DNA of 64,000 nucleotides, taken from Candidatus Hydrogenedentota bacterium (GTDB lineage Bacteria > Hydrogenedentota > Hydrogenedentia > Hydrogenedentales > SLHB01). The position numbers and the translations under genes are program-made. Shown in pieces: positions 54,741 to 64,000 of this stretch. Below the pieces are notes generated by a model. The model was not told where the DNA came from, did not search any database, and saw nothing but the letters and a program-made list of their open reading frames with translations. Location: assembly GCA_045863295.1 (NCBI GenBank), contig BTWA01000032.1:1-64000 (forward strand). The letters run 5' to 3'. How positions within the stretch are numbered: the stretch's first letter is position 1; each line of letters begins with the position of its first letter.

Positions 54741-55469
54741 ATGCGTGTCCTGGACTTCTCTTTTGCCGAACCGGACCGCAATCTGGCCCTCGATGAGGTG
54801 CTCTTGGACGCGGTGGAGGCCGGCGATTCCGATGATGTGCTCCGGTTCTGGGAATCCCCGGTTCCGTTTGTCGTGCTTGGCGTATCCCAGGTGCTCCACG
54901 ATCATGTATGGGCGGATGTCTGTCGTGCTGAAGGCGTGCGCGTCCAGCGCCGTTGTTCAGCTGGCGGGTGCGTTCTCCAGGGGCCGGGCAGCCTCAATTT
55001 TGCCCTGGCACTCCGATACTCGTCTGACCCCGCCTACCCCAGCCTCCGTGGATCGTATTGCCGGATTCTGGAACTGGTTGGCAAGGCACTCGCCACGGCC
55101 GGTTGTTCGGTGACTCCCCAAGGCGTTTCGGACTTGGCGGAGGGGGAGCGGAAAGTCTCGGGAAATGCTCAGAAGCGCCGCAAGTATGCCTTTCTGCACC
55201 ACGGCACCTTGCTTTATCGGGTAAATGCGGCGGGTATGACCCGATATCTGAAAGAACCGGAAGACCGCCCCGCGTATCGAGGAGGGCGGACCCACGAATC
55301 CTTTCTTACGGCGTTGCCACTTCAACCGGAAGTAATCAAGTCCGCTCTGGCCGCGCGTTTCTGTCCCGGTGCTGTGACCGGTACCCGGTTGGAGGATACC
55401 CTTCTCGAAGCCACCAATTTGCTAGTGGATGAAAAGTATTCCCGGCAAGATTGGATACACAGGCGGTAA
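54741..55469 (+). CDS. Lipoate-protein ligase family protein
   Basis: NLALDE, LRFWE, RRCSAGGCV, KVSGNAQ, HGTLL. Confidence 0.88.
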   Translation: MRVLDFSFAEPDRNLALDEVLLDAVEAGDSDDVLRFWESPVPFVVLGVSQVLHDHVWADVCRAEGVRVQRRCSAGGCVLQGPGSLNFALALRYSSDPAYPSLRGSYCRILELVGKALATAGCSVTPQGVSDLAEGERKVSGNAQKRRKYAFLHHGTLLYRVNAAGMTRYLKEPEDRPAYRGGRTHESFLTALPLQPEVIKSALAARFCPGAVTGTRLEDTLLEATNLLVDEKYSRQDWIHRR

Positions 55470-55666
55470 GGAATGCGGTATACTAGATACACGGGGGGAT
55501 TGGGGCGGCATCACCGTCCGTTTTCACCCGAAACTGGGCGGCAATCCCGTTCTTGGCCAACGCACGAGGGTGGCTATGCGATTCTCCCGCTGAGGCAAAC
55601 CCCGTTCACTTTCCCCGCGATCATGCGGGAGACTTGAGTCGGCAATACAGCATTAAGATTCGTTCC

Positions 55667-56335
55667 ATGAAGTTATTACGTAACATACCGGTCGGCACGT
55701 GGGTCTCCGTGGCCAGTGTTGGCTGTCTGGCGGTCTACGGCGCGGTGGCCTATCGTCATATGTTGGACGGTGGGTCCCCAGCCCTTTCGACTCCAGTCTC
55801 GGCCGAAGTGGAAACCGCGAAGGATCCGCCCGTCGTAAGTCAAGAACCGACTAGGGTTTCGGATAGTGTGGCCATGCGCTATGCGCGATCCGTCCAGTCC
55901 CGTGACTGCGAAGAGGTCGTTCGAATGACTTTCTGGATGCAGGAGAGAATCAAGTTCGCGATGTTGTCAGGGCAGCCCCGGGAAACGGTTGAACGTGAGT
56001 TGTGCCTCGATTTGCAGGACATCAAGCGCGAGAATAACGTGCTGGCCAGCGAAGGCGTCGAAGACAAATACCTGTTTGCCACGGACACAACGCTTCAATC
56101 CCAGGGGGAAGACGCGGGCCGCAAAGACCTTGAGGACGCCCCTGCGGCCGTACGCGAATGGATCAAGGTCACCTATTCCAATCCCTTGACTGCCCTGAAG
56201 GATGGGCAGGGCAAGCCGATACGTTCCATCACGGTTGGGGTGAATGTTTCGCAAGAAGGGTATATATTAAAGGCAGGGATAGTTGGAAATCTCGACATCG
56301 GCCGGAATTCCATCTCCTATGATTGGCCAAATTGA
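55667..56335 (+). CDS. Hypothetical membrane-anchored protein
   Basis: N-terminal TM segment followed by a soluble domain; the ORF fills the gap. Confidence 0.65.
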   Translation: MKLLRNIPVGTWVSVASVGCLAVYGAVAYRHMLDGGSPALSTPVSAEVETAKDPPVVSQEPTRVSDSVAMRYARSVQSRDCEEVVRMTFWMQERIKFAMLSGQPRETVERELCLDLQDIKRENNVLASEGVEDKYLFATDTTLQSQGEDAGRKDLEDAPAAVREWIKVTYSNPLTALKDGQGKPIRSITVGVNVSQEGYILKAGIVGNLDIGRNSISYDWPN

Positions 56336-56350
56336 TGAGGGCCCCGATCC

Positions 56351-56797
56351 ATGGCACTAGCCTCGTGTCCGCGCTGTCAAAAACTGTTTGAAAAAAAGAG
56401 CGCTCGCGTCTGCCCCAAGTGCGTGCCCGAGGAGGACGAAGACTACGAAAAAGTCAGGGCGGCGCTTGCGGCCACACCCAATCAGTCCGCGGAAGAAGTG
56501 GCAAAGGAAACCCAGGTTTCATTGGATTGCGTGCTGCGGCTGCTGGAAGATGGCCGGATTGTTACAACGTTGGCAAGTAAGCAGATTAAATGCGGCCGTT
56601 GCGGCGCTCCCGCCATCAGCCTGAGCAAAAAGCTGTGCGAACGGTGCTTGAATGAGCTGAACGCCAAATTGGCCATAGAGCAATCCAAAATCCGGTTGCC
56701 GAAAAAGAAAGATGTGGAAGTCGGCACGGCGCTCAATACGTTTACAAGGGCCGTGGACGACGACAACAAGACCGGGGGCACGAAGTACAACCGGTAG
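56351..56797 (+). CDS. YvyF-like zinc-ribbon/HTH protein
   Basis: CPRC..CPKC, KVR, A..VAKET.V, EDGRI, CGRCG..CERC. Confidence 0.7.
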   Translation: MALASCPRCQKLFEKKSARVCPKCVPEEDEDYEKVRAALAATPNQSAEEVAKETQVSLDCVLRLLEDGRIVTTLASKQIKCGRCGAPAISLSKKLCERCLNELNAKLAIEQSKIRLPKKKDVEVGTALNTFTRAVDDDNKTGGTKYNR

Positions 56798-56879
56798 GCA
56801 TGCAGGGAGCTAAGCGCCGCGATTCGGCAGGATGGACCCCGCGGCAATCAAAGGCGCTTAATTGAAAGCAGGTAGGGAA

Positions 56880-57038
56880 ATGACTCGCAGGGATTTGATG
56901 GGCGTGTTTTTCCTGGTGACACTCTTTATCGTGCTCATAGTGGGATTGGTTTTGACATTTCAACCCAAGGGCGAAGGCAATGATCCAAGTGAGAGTGTCT
57001 TTGTTCAGCAGCGGGTTCGGAATCTTCAAAAACAATAG
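56880..57038 (+). CDS. 52-aa single-TM small protein (below ORF-track cutoff)
   Basis: AGGTAGGG RBS; MTRRDLMGVFFLVTLFIVLIVGLVLTFQPKGEGNDPSESVFVQQRVRNLQKQ. Confidence 0.55.
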   Translation: MTRRDLMGVFFLVTLFIVLIVGLVLTFQPKGEGNDPSESVFVQQRVRNLQKQ

Positions 57039-57142
57039 AGTGCGAAAATAACTGAATTCGTGGCCATTGGGCCGGTTTTGTCTCGTCAAGCAATTCCCAA
57101 ACGCGTTACCATAGGGCTATATCCAATCTTTACGGTGTTTCA

Positions 57143-58342
57143 GTGAAACCGGACGTGTATTCGTCTCCAAACAAACAACATGCATCAGACTCAAATCTGC
57201 GGGGCGTTGTGAGAAACCGGATGTGCTGTCACGGCATTCGGGCCTGTATCGTGACGCTAGCTTGTCTGTGCGGTTTGATCCCGGTTTCCTCGTTCGCCCA
57301 AACCCTTACCGGGAACATTGGATTGCGTGCCATGGTGTCGGAAAACGAAAGGGAAGGGACCATTTCGCTGTACGATATCGAATCGACAGCCTATGTTTCA
57401 CTCGAAGAACTCATCAAGGCGCTCGGAGGCGGAATTACAGTCTATACCGATCGCGTCAAGGCGGATCTTGCGGGCGGAACGGCTTGGTTGTCGGTTGGCG
57501 GACAAAACGTGGACGCTTCCGGCGGACAGTTTGAGCTCAAACGCCCGTTGCTCCAATTCGAGCGAAAAGTCTACATCGCACTCAGCGACACCGTTCCATT
57601 TCTTGAATCCTCGTTCAAAGTTGTCGCAACCGTTGATTTGGACTCCTCCACCGGAAACGCTCCGGATGCCCCGGTGGACAATACAACCCCGGACTCCGAG
57701 ACACTCCCGTCATCCGGAATGGATATAAGCAACCGATCCGGATCCGCGACCGTGTCACCCACGGTGAAGGTCATCCTTATTGACCCCGGCCACGGCGGTC
57801 AAGACGCCGGCGTAGAAGGCAAGACGACGGGACTCAAAGAGAAAGACTTGACGCTTACCCTCGCACTGCAGTTGCGGGATGCGCTTGCCACTACGACTTC
57901 GGCACGCATCGTGCTCACGCGTGACGACGATTCCGGTCCGACCCCTGAACAGAGGGCCAGCATGGCCAACACAAGCGGGGCCGACTTGTTCATCAGTCTT
58001 CATGCCGGCGGAAGTTACGCCCCAGGCGCGGCCGGGTTTGCCTTGTTCATTGGCGAGGGAAGCAGGGGTCAAGCCGCCTTCGCCGCTCAAGTGGCCCGTG
58101 CCCTCGAAGCTAAGATGATCCAAGCGGCGAATGCGGCCAGCTTGGGGATACACGCGGTTCCGTGCCGCATTTTCAGAAATGTACAAATACCATCCATCCT
58201 TCTCGAGGTGGGGATGTTAACCAGCAGTCAAGAGGAGACTCTGTTGGCTTCCTCGGAGTACCAGGAAAAACTCGTACAAGCCTTGGCCGCGTCCATTGTA
58301 GATATTGCGGGTCCACGTCCTTCCGAGGAACCTGTCCAGTGA
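57143..58342 (+). CDS. N-acetylmuramoyl-L-alanine amidase (Amidase_3) with N-terminal beta domain
   Basis: IDPGHGG, EKDL, LTRDDD, FISLHA, ILLEVG. Start is uncertain (possibly 57221). Confidence 0.88.
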   Translation: MKPDVYSSPNKQHASDSNLRGVVRNRMCCHGIRACIVTLACLCGLIPVSSFAQTLTGNIGLRAMVSENEREGTISLYDIESTAYVSLEELIKALGGGITVYTDRVKADLAGGTAWLSVGGQNVDASGGQFELKRPLLQFERKVYIALSDTVPFLESSFKVVATVDLDSSTGNAPDAPVDNTTPDSETLPSSGMDISNRSGSATVSPTVKVILIDPGHGGQDAGVEGKTTGLKEKDLTLTLALQLRDALATTTSARIVLTRDDDSGPTPEQRASMANTSGADLFISLHAGGSYAPGAAGFALFIGEGSRGQAAFAAQVARALEAKMIQAANAASLGIHAVPCRIFRNVQIPSILLEVGMLTSSQEETLLASSEYQEKLVQALAASIVDIAGPRPSEEPVQ

Positions 58343-59001
58343 GCGTATACGACAGGCCGAGTCTGCTGAAGAAAATTCTCTTTGCCGCATGGGGTATGGT
58401 CACTCTGATTCTGGTCTTCAGCGTCATGCTGTTGATCAATGAACTGGTGCGCCAGGGCCACAACCCCATGGAATTGCCGACCGAAGTCCCTCGGCCCGCA
58501 TCGGTTTCGTCCATCGAGAAGTCCACGGAATCCCGCGAGGTCACCCTTTACTTCGCCTCCGCCGACGGATCAAAACTCGAACCGGAAACGCGGCTCGTCG
58601 CTTTCGGGGAAGCGACCGTGGAGAATTGCCGCGCTGTGCTCGAAGCATTGGTGCGCGGCTCCATGAACAACAAGCCAAGGATACTTCCGCCATCGGTCAG
58701 CGTGCGGGCCCTGTACCTGTTACGCGGCGGGGAGCTTGTTGTCGACTTTGCGGATGACTTGCAGATGGCCGACTCCACTAGCGCCTTGTCTGAATCGCTG
58801 CTTGTATATGGAATCGTCAATTCGGTGTCACAGCCGGGTGTCCGCGGATCCGATAATCAAATCGTTCGCTCGGTCCGGTTTCTTGTGGGTGGAGAAGAAC
58901 CCTCCGGCCGGTTTCCCGGACACGTCGACTTCTCCCAGCCTTTTGCGCCTCAGCCTGCCTGGATTCAGCAAGCAGACCGCCGAGCTTCAGCGAATGGCTA
59001 A
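58339..59001 (+). CDS. GerMN domain protein
   Basis: TM anchor, VTLYFAS..LEPETR, LEALVRG, VVDF, IVNSV, VRFLVGG. GTGA overlap with the amidase. Confidence 0.82.
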   Translation: MSVYDRPSLLKKILFAAWGMVTLILVFSVMLLINELVRQGHNPMELPTEVPRPASVSSIEKSTESREVTLYFASADGSKLEPETRLVAFGEATVENCRAVLEALVRGSMNNKPRILPPSVSVRALYLLRGGELVVDFADDLQMADSTSALSESLLVYGIVNSVSQPGVRGSDNQIVRSVRFLVGGEEPSGRFPGHVDFSQPFAPQPAWIQQADRRASANG

Positions 59002-59794
59002 AGGTCGCGGAGCAGTGGGCATTTTTGATTCCGGCGTCGGTGGCCTGACCGTGTTGCGCCGAGTGGCCGAACGTCTGCCGCACGAGTCCATCGTCTATTT
59101 GGGGGATACGGCCCGCGTGCCCTATGGAACGAAATCGGCGGAAACCGTCGTTCGCTACGCGAAAGCCTGTGCGAACGTGCTTATCGATCGTGGCATCAGC
59201 CTGCTCGTGGTGGCATGCAACACGGCCTCAGCCTATGCCTTGGAGGCGCTTCGGCATGAGTTGACCATACCGGTGATCGGCGTAATCGATCCTGGAGCGC
59301 GCCGTGCCGTACGCAGCACGCGATCGGGGCGCATTGGCGTCATCGGAACGAAAGGCACCATTTCCAGCGGCGCGTATCAAAACGCAATAGCCGCGCTACA
59401 GCCGGATCATGCCGTTTTTGGCCAGCCCTGCCCGCTATTTGTTCCCCTGGCCGAAGAAGGCTGGCTGGAAGGCGAAGTGCCATTGTCCGTCGCCCGCACC
59501 TACTTGCGGCCACTTTTGGATCACGATATTGACACGCTTGTGCTCGGTTGCACACATTATCCCTTGCTGAAAGACGTCATTGCCGAAGCGGCTGGCCCTG
59601 GAGTCACCCTGATTGATAGTGCCGAGGCCACCGCTGAAACCGTCGCGACTTACCTGCAGAAACAGGACAACTCGCCAGCAAACCAGGAATCCCGTTTTCA
59701 CTATCTGGTAACCGATGACCCGGATTCGTTCGCTCGCGTGGGGCGCGGATTTCTGGGATACGCCATAGACACCGTAGAGTGGGTGGACATCTAA
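58994..59794 (+). CDS. murI: Glutamate racemase
   Basis: FDSGVGGL, PYG, ACNTAS, LGCTHYP. Confidence 0.96.
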   Translation: MAKGRGAVGIFDSGVGGLTVLRRVAERLPHESIVYLGDTARVPYGTKSAETVVRYAKACANVLIDRGISLLVVACNTASAYALEALRHELTIPVIGVIDPGARRAVRSTRSGRIGVIGTKGTISSGAYQNAIAALQPDHAVFGQPCPLFVPLAEEGWLEGEVPLSVARTYLRPLLDHDIDTLVLGCTHYPLLKDVIAEAAGPGVTLIDSAEATAETVATYLQKQDNSPANQESRFHYLVTDDPDSFARVGRGFLGYAIDTVEWVDI

Positions 59795-61416
59795 ACTTGC
59801 CACAAGATAAAACAACGGAAACCAAGTCGCCGCCTGCGCCCTATCCATGGACAGGTGTTCTGGTGGGGCTGATCACCTGCGCTCTCCTCGGAGCGGGAGT
59901 ACTGACCGTACTTAAACGCCAATTCAAGGATGCGCCCGAGAGTCTGGACGACCGTACGCTCGCCTTGACGGATGCCGTGGACCGTTTCCTGGAAGAGCAA
60001 TTCATACCCCGATCGGCCATTACGCGCAAAGAATCAACCGCGCAAGCAGATTCCGGCATGCGCTGGCGGCACACGCAGTTCGACGTAGCGTTGCCTGCCT
60101 CCGTGACCGTGCCGGGAATTACGAGCTTGCTGCGTGTCGCCATGGCGGAACACGGAGTGACCATCAGCGACGATCCGTTACCGGATGGTCATGGTTGGAA
60201 ACTGCACTTCTTCGTGAAGAACCGGGAATTCATCGATATGGCGATACGCGGCTACTTCGTGGACTCGCTCGCGCCCGCCGACTACACCCAAGAGACGGCG
60301 GCCCTTGCCGAACAACTTATTGGCGTGCTGGCGCACGACATGCCGGCCGGATCGCAATTCAATGATGTCCAGACTGAAATTGCCGCCGATCAGTCCTCAC
60401 GCTGGACGCTGACTCGTTTTACCCTCGCCCTCGCCGGCGGCGCGTCACAACAATACATTCTCGATTCCGCCAATCGGTTCGCCGGCGAGAATCAAATGGA
60501 TATTTCCCTCGAAACTTCAACGGAAACGGGCGGCATACTACGCGCATTTCACCGTGGTTTACAGATCGTCGAAGCGGATTTCACCTCACCTACACCCGAA
60601 CCCGCCAATGGCGTTGAGACGAACGAACCCATTTCACCGGCCATGGATGCCGCCGAAATGCCCGACGTCCCCTTGAATTCCCAGGACCTTGCGGAGACGG
60701 GCGAAACCGTGGAACCCGATCTGACGGGGGAACGCGTCTCCGATCAACTTCGCCTTGCCCTCATCGTCGACGACGGCGGATACGGAGGCAATACCACGGA
60801 ACGGCTGCTGCAGCTCGACCCAAACCTTACACTGGCCATCATTCCTGGAACCCCTTACGGCACCGAAACCGCCACCCGGGGCGCGGAACTCGGTTTTGAA
60901 ATCATGATTCATATGCCCATGGAATCGCACGGCGAAGGAATCAACGGAGCCAACCGGACACTTCCAGAGTTCATCACGATCGATATGCCTGCGGAAGATA
61001 TCGCCAATGCTGTCAAGCGCGCGATCGAAGATATTCCCCATGCCGTCGGCTTGAACAACCACACTGGATCGAAATACACCATGTACGCGGATCCAATGAA
61101 GGTCGTGCTGGAGACGTTGAAGGAAAACAACCTCTACTTTATCGACAGTATTACCACCGGTAAGTCGGTTGCATATCAGACGGCTCAGGAAGTGGGCGTT
61201 AAATCGGCCAAGCGCGATCTTTTTCTCGACAACGAGGCCAATACCGAATACATCCGGGCGCGCTTCAAAGAGCTGATCGGCATCGTGAAACGAAAGGGAG
61301 AGGCCATTGCCATTTGCCATTTCCGTCCACGGACTATTGACGTGCTCGAATCGATTCTACCTGAATTAAAGGATCAGGGAATTGAACTGGTACACGCTTC
61401 GGAGATGATCCATTGA
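59779..61416 (+). CDS. Divergent polysaccharide deacetylase family (YibQ-like) protein with extended N-terminus
   Basis: LIVDDGG, IHMPME, GLNNHTGS, FIDSIT, RDLFLD, AIAICH. Confidence 0.85.
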   Translation: MGGHLNLPQDKTTETKSPPAPYPWTGVLVGLITCALLGAGVLTVLKRQFKDAPESLDDRTLALTDAVDRFLEEQFIPRSAITRKESTAQADSGMRWRHTQFDVALPASVTVPGITSLLRVAMAEHGVTISDDPLPDGHGWKLHFFVKNREFIDMAIRGYFVDSLAPADYTQETAALAEQLIGVLAHDMPAGSQFNDVQTEIAADQSSRWTLTRFTLALAGGASQQYILDSANRFAGENQMDISLETSTETGGILRAFHRGLQIVEADFTSPTPEPANGVETNEPISPAMDAAEMPDVPLNSQDLAETGETVEPDLTGERVSDQLRLALIVDDGGYGGNTTERLLQLDPNLTLAIIPGTPYGTETATRGAELGFEIMIHMPMESHGEGINGANRTLPEFITIDMPAEDIANAVKRAIEDIPHAVGLNNHTGSKYTMYADPMKVVLETLKENNLYFIDSITTGKSVAYQTAQEVGVKSAKRDLFLDNEANTEYIRARFKELIGIVKRKGEAIAICHFRPRTIDVLESILPELKDQGIELVHASEMIH

Positions 61417-62387
61417 GCCGGATACTCGCCATCGAAACCTCCTGCGACGAAACCGGCGTGGCCATCATCGAAGACGGCCGCCGGATTGTCGCCAACGAAG
61501 TCGCGTCCCAGATCGCCTTGCATGCGCCGTTTGGCGGCGTGGTGCCGGAATTGGCGTCCAGGCAACATACGCGGGTGATTACGCAATTAACCGAAAAAGC
61601 TATCAAGGATGCGGCAGGCGAAATCGATGCCGTCGCGGCAACCACGGGTCCCGGCCTGATGGGCTCGCTGCTTGTGGGGGTCTGTTTCGCAAAAAGCCTC
61701 GCCTATTCATGGAAAAAACCGTTTATCCCCGTTCACCATATCGAGGGTCACATCTTTTCGGTGTTTCTCGCAGAGGAAGCCCCTGAGTTTCCATTTCTGG
61801 CGCTTATTGTCAGTGGCGGCCATACCCAACTTGTCTGGTGCCCCGCGCCGCATCAATACGAAATTCTCGGTGCCACACGCGATGATGCCATCGGTGAATG
61901 TTTCGACAAGGTCGCCCGGCTACTCGAATTGCCATACCCCGGCGGACCGTCCATTCAAAAGGCAGCCGAAGGCGGCGATCCGCACGCCCATAAATTTCCC
62001 CGCGCCATGACCGATTCCGGCAACCTCGATTTCAGCTACAGCGGCCTCAAGACAGCCGTCCTGTATGCCCTGCGCGACAACGGAAGCACAATAAACAAGG
62101 CCGATCTCGCCGCGAGCTTTCAGTACGCGGCCGTTGATGCATTGTTGATCAAGACTCGGCAAGCCATTGCTCAAATTGGGGCTGAACGGCTCGTGCTGGC
62201 GGGAGGGGTGGCCGCAAACCGTCTCCTCCGGCAGCGCCTTCCCGAATTGGGGGTGCCAGTGTTCATGCCCTCCATCCCGTTGTGCATGGACAACGCCGCC
62301 ATGATCGGCGCGGCCGCCCATTCGCTGTGGATGCACGGTAAAACCGCTGGCATGCGATCCACGCCCCGGTCCGACCTGCCGCTTTGA
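61413..62387 (+). CDS. tsaD: tRNA N6-adenosine threonylcarbamoyltransferase
   Basis: IETSCDET, GGVVPELASRQH, HHIEGH, VSGGHT, DDAIGE, GGVAAN, DNAAMI. Confidence 0.96.
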   Translation: MSRILAIETSCDETGVAIIEDGRRIVANEVASQIALHAPFGGVVPELASRQHTRVITQLTEKAIKDAAGEIDAVAATTGPGLMGSLLVGVCFAKSLAYSWKKPFIPVHHIEGHIFSVFLAEEAPEFPFLALIVSGGHTQLVWCPAPHQYEILGATRDDAIGECFDKVARLLELPYPGGPSIQKAAEGGDPHAHKFPRAMTDSGNLDFSYSGLKTAVLYALRDNGSTINKADLAASFQYAAVDALLIKTRQAIAQIGAERLVLAGGVAANRLLRQRLPELGVPVFMPSIPLCMDNAAMIGAAAHSLWMHGKTAGMRSTPRSDLPL

Positions 62388-62445
62388 GGCGTCCATTGCC
62401 CAGCCCGTGGTATGATTCCACGAGGACCTTCCAAGGAGATGCTTC

Positions 62446-63519
62446 ATGATTCTTGAAGACCTGATGTACAAAGCCGTGGAAATCAAGGCTTCCGATATCC
62501 ATATCAAGACGGGTAATCCGCCCATCTTTCGTATTGACGGTGACCTTAAACGCGAAGATGGACCGGGGCTGACCAACGATCAGGTCATCCATTTGTTGGC
62601 GTCCATTGCTGCCCCCGCGGATATGGAACGCTTCAAGAAGGTGCTCGAACTGGATATTTCCTACATGCTCGGCGACATCGCGCGGTTCCGTGTAAACGCC
62701 TGCCGCGAAGACGGCGACGTGCGTATTGTGCTGCGCGTTATTCCCAAGGTGATTAAGACGATCGAAGAGTGCGCCTTGCCTGCCATCATGAACAAAATCG
62801 CCCTCGTGCGCGATGGGCTCGTTCTGGTGACAGGCGTCACCGGTAGCGGCAAATCCACCTCCCTGGCCGCCATGATCGACAAGATCAACACCACAAAGGG
62901 CGTCCACGTCGTAACCGTGGAGGACCCCCTGGAATTTGTCCATCAGGACAAGAAATCCATCATCACCCAACGCGAAGTCGGCCACGATACACTTTCGTTT
63001 ACAAATGCGCTTCGGGCAGCCCTCCGGCAGGACCCCGACGTTATTCTGGTCGGCGAAATGCGCGACACCGAGACGGTACGCACCGCGATTTCCGCCGCGG
63101 AAACAGGTCACCTCGTATTCTCGACGTTGCATACCGTCGATGCCGTCGAGACCCTGCACCGCATCATGGATTTCTTCGAGCCGCACCAGCAACCCCAAGT
63201 GCGCAAGCAATTGGCCAGCGTATTGCGCGCCGTCATATCCCAGCGCCTCCTGCCCAAAAACAATGCCCCAGGGCGTGCAGTCGCAGCCGAAATCCTCATC
63301 GGTAACAGGACCGTTCGCGATTTCGTGGAACAGGGGAAGAGCTTCAAAGACATTACGCGCCTGATCGAGGAAGGCCGCGATCAATACGGCATGCAAACGT
63401 TCGATCAGGCGTTGTACGATCTCTACAAGAAAGGCGAGATCACGGAAGAGGTTGCCCTTATCAATGCAACCAGCGCGCGCGATCTCAAACTGAAAATTCA
63501 GGGCATGGCCAAATCCTAG
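62446..63519 (+). CDS. pilT: Type IV pilus retraction ATPase PilT/PilU family
   Basis: ASDIH, GVTGSGKSTS, EDPLE, ALRQDPDVILVGEMRD, ETGHLVFSTLH, GMQTFDQ. Confidence 0.93.
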   Translation: MILEDLMYKAVEIKASDIHIKTGNPPIFRIDGDLKREDGPGLTNDQVIHLLASIAAPADMERFKKVLELDISYMLGDIARFRVNACREDGDVRIVLRVIPKVIKTIEECALPAIMNKIALVRDGLVLVTGVTGSGKSTSLAAMIDKINTTKGVHVVTVEDPLEFVHQDKKSIITQREVGHDTLSFTNALRAALRQDPDVILVGEMRDTETVRTAISAAETGHLVFSTLHTVDAVETLHRIMDFFEPHQQPQVRKQLASVLRAVISQRLLPKNNAPGRAVAAEILIGNRTVRDFVEQGKSFKDITRLIEEGRDQYGMQTFDQALYDLYKKGEITEEVALINATSARDLKLKIQGMAKS

Positions 63520-63547
63520 GCCGCATGCTCTCGCTCAAGGTGAAGCG

Positions 63548-64000
63548 ATGATTTCGTGGGCGATCTTGTACGGTGTCTGCACAACCGCGACTGCCGCAAA
63601 CGCTTTGGTAAACGCCGGGTTTGAATCCATTGCCGGCGACAAACCCGCACAGTGGCTCGTCTACGTGGAACCGATGGACGGTGCCGAGTACGCCGTGGAT
63701 ACTGACGTGCATCGCTCCGGAGGCGCGAGCATTCGGCTTCACAACCCCCGGTTGTACGCCGAAGAGCCCGCCAACAATTGGAGCCAGAATATCCTCCGGA
63801 ACTACTCCGGAAAAAAGGTCAAACTGACCGCATACATAAAGGCTGACAATGCGACCGAGGCCGCGGTCTGGATCCAAGCCTTTCGGAAATCTCCCCTGCG
63901 ATTGCTGCTGCAAGCAAGCTCCTCCGACACCGTCCACATGGGCGGAACCCAGGATTGGACAGAGGTCGCCGTGGAAACCACGATCCCAGCCGGCTCTGAT
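63548..64000 (+). CDS. Secreted protein with CBM4/9-like carbohydrate-binding domain, partial
   Basis: Manual translation: MISWAILYGVCTTATAA-NALVNAGFE...W...HRSGGASIRL...WSQ...KVKLTAYIK...GTQDWTEV...IPAG, open to the window end. Confidence 0.7.
   Translation, partial: MISWAILYGVCTTATAANALVNAGFESIAGDKPAQWLVYVEPMDGAEYAVDTDVHRSGGASIRLHNPRLYAEEPANNWSQNILRNYSGKKVKLTAYIKADNATEAAVWIQAFRKSPLRLLLQASSSDTVHMGGTQDWTEVAVETTIPAGSD

Noticed and set aside
1..64000. CRISPR arrays, rRNA/tRNA genes, transposases, Sec/Pyl read-through
   Set aside because: None seen by eye, and the Cys-dependent redox genes read through without in-frame TGA. A computational scan was not possible.

Overview
A gene-dense, GC-rich bacterial chromosomal window. 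The two prepilin-type DUF1559 proteins with 'YPDYLTD', 'RLRxGIER' and 'NHxPxxANVxFxDGHV' motifs suggest Candidatus Hydrogenedentes or a similar lineage (inference). In order it holds: (1) a partial VioA/DegT sugar aminotransferase; (2) a ~9 kb metalloid/fluoride resistance island (ArsR, DUF318 permease, small thioredoxin, P5CR-like, thioredoxin-NosL/MerB-like fusion, CcdA, CrcB, DUF190, then ArsR, ArsC, ArsM, Acr3); (3) a heme uptake operon hmuTUVS headed by a pilin-like DUF1559 gene rather than a TonB-dependent receptor; (4) an anion transporter; (5) a YtrA/GntR-ABC ATPase operon with three divergent large permease paralogs, a second DUF1559 gene and a probable half-size fourth paralog; (6) an MFS transporter, an antitoxin with a decayed RelE/ParE toxin, and a GH63-like glucosidase; (7) a ferric-reductase-TM/Rieske fusion, ZnuABC divergent from a Fur-family regulator and P1B ATPase, YheT and a methyltransferase; (8) a hypothetical gene with a structured RBS-sequestering 5' leader, a photolyase and a 6-PAS hybrid kinase; (9) a BldC/Xis-like HTH gene with a 10-bp repeat array over its promoter, leading three paralogous TM-coiled-coil microproteins and a secreted protein; (10) a ZTP riboswitch before gcvT-H-PA-PB-lplA; (11) an amidase-GerMN-murI-YibQ-tsaD-pilT block. 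I saw no rRNA, tRNA, CRISPR array or transposase. All family calls come from motif recognition by eye; no database searches were run.
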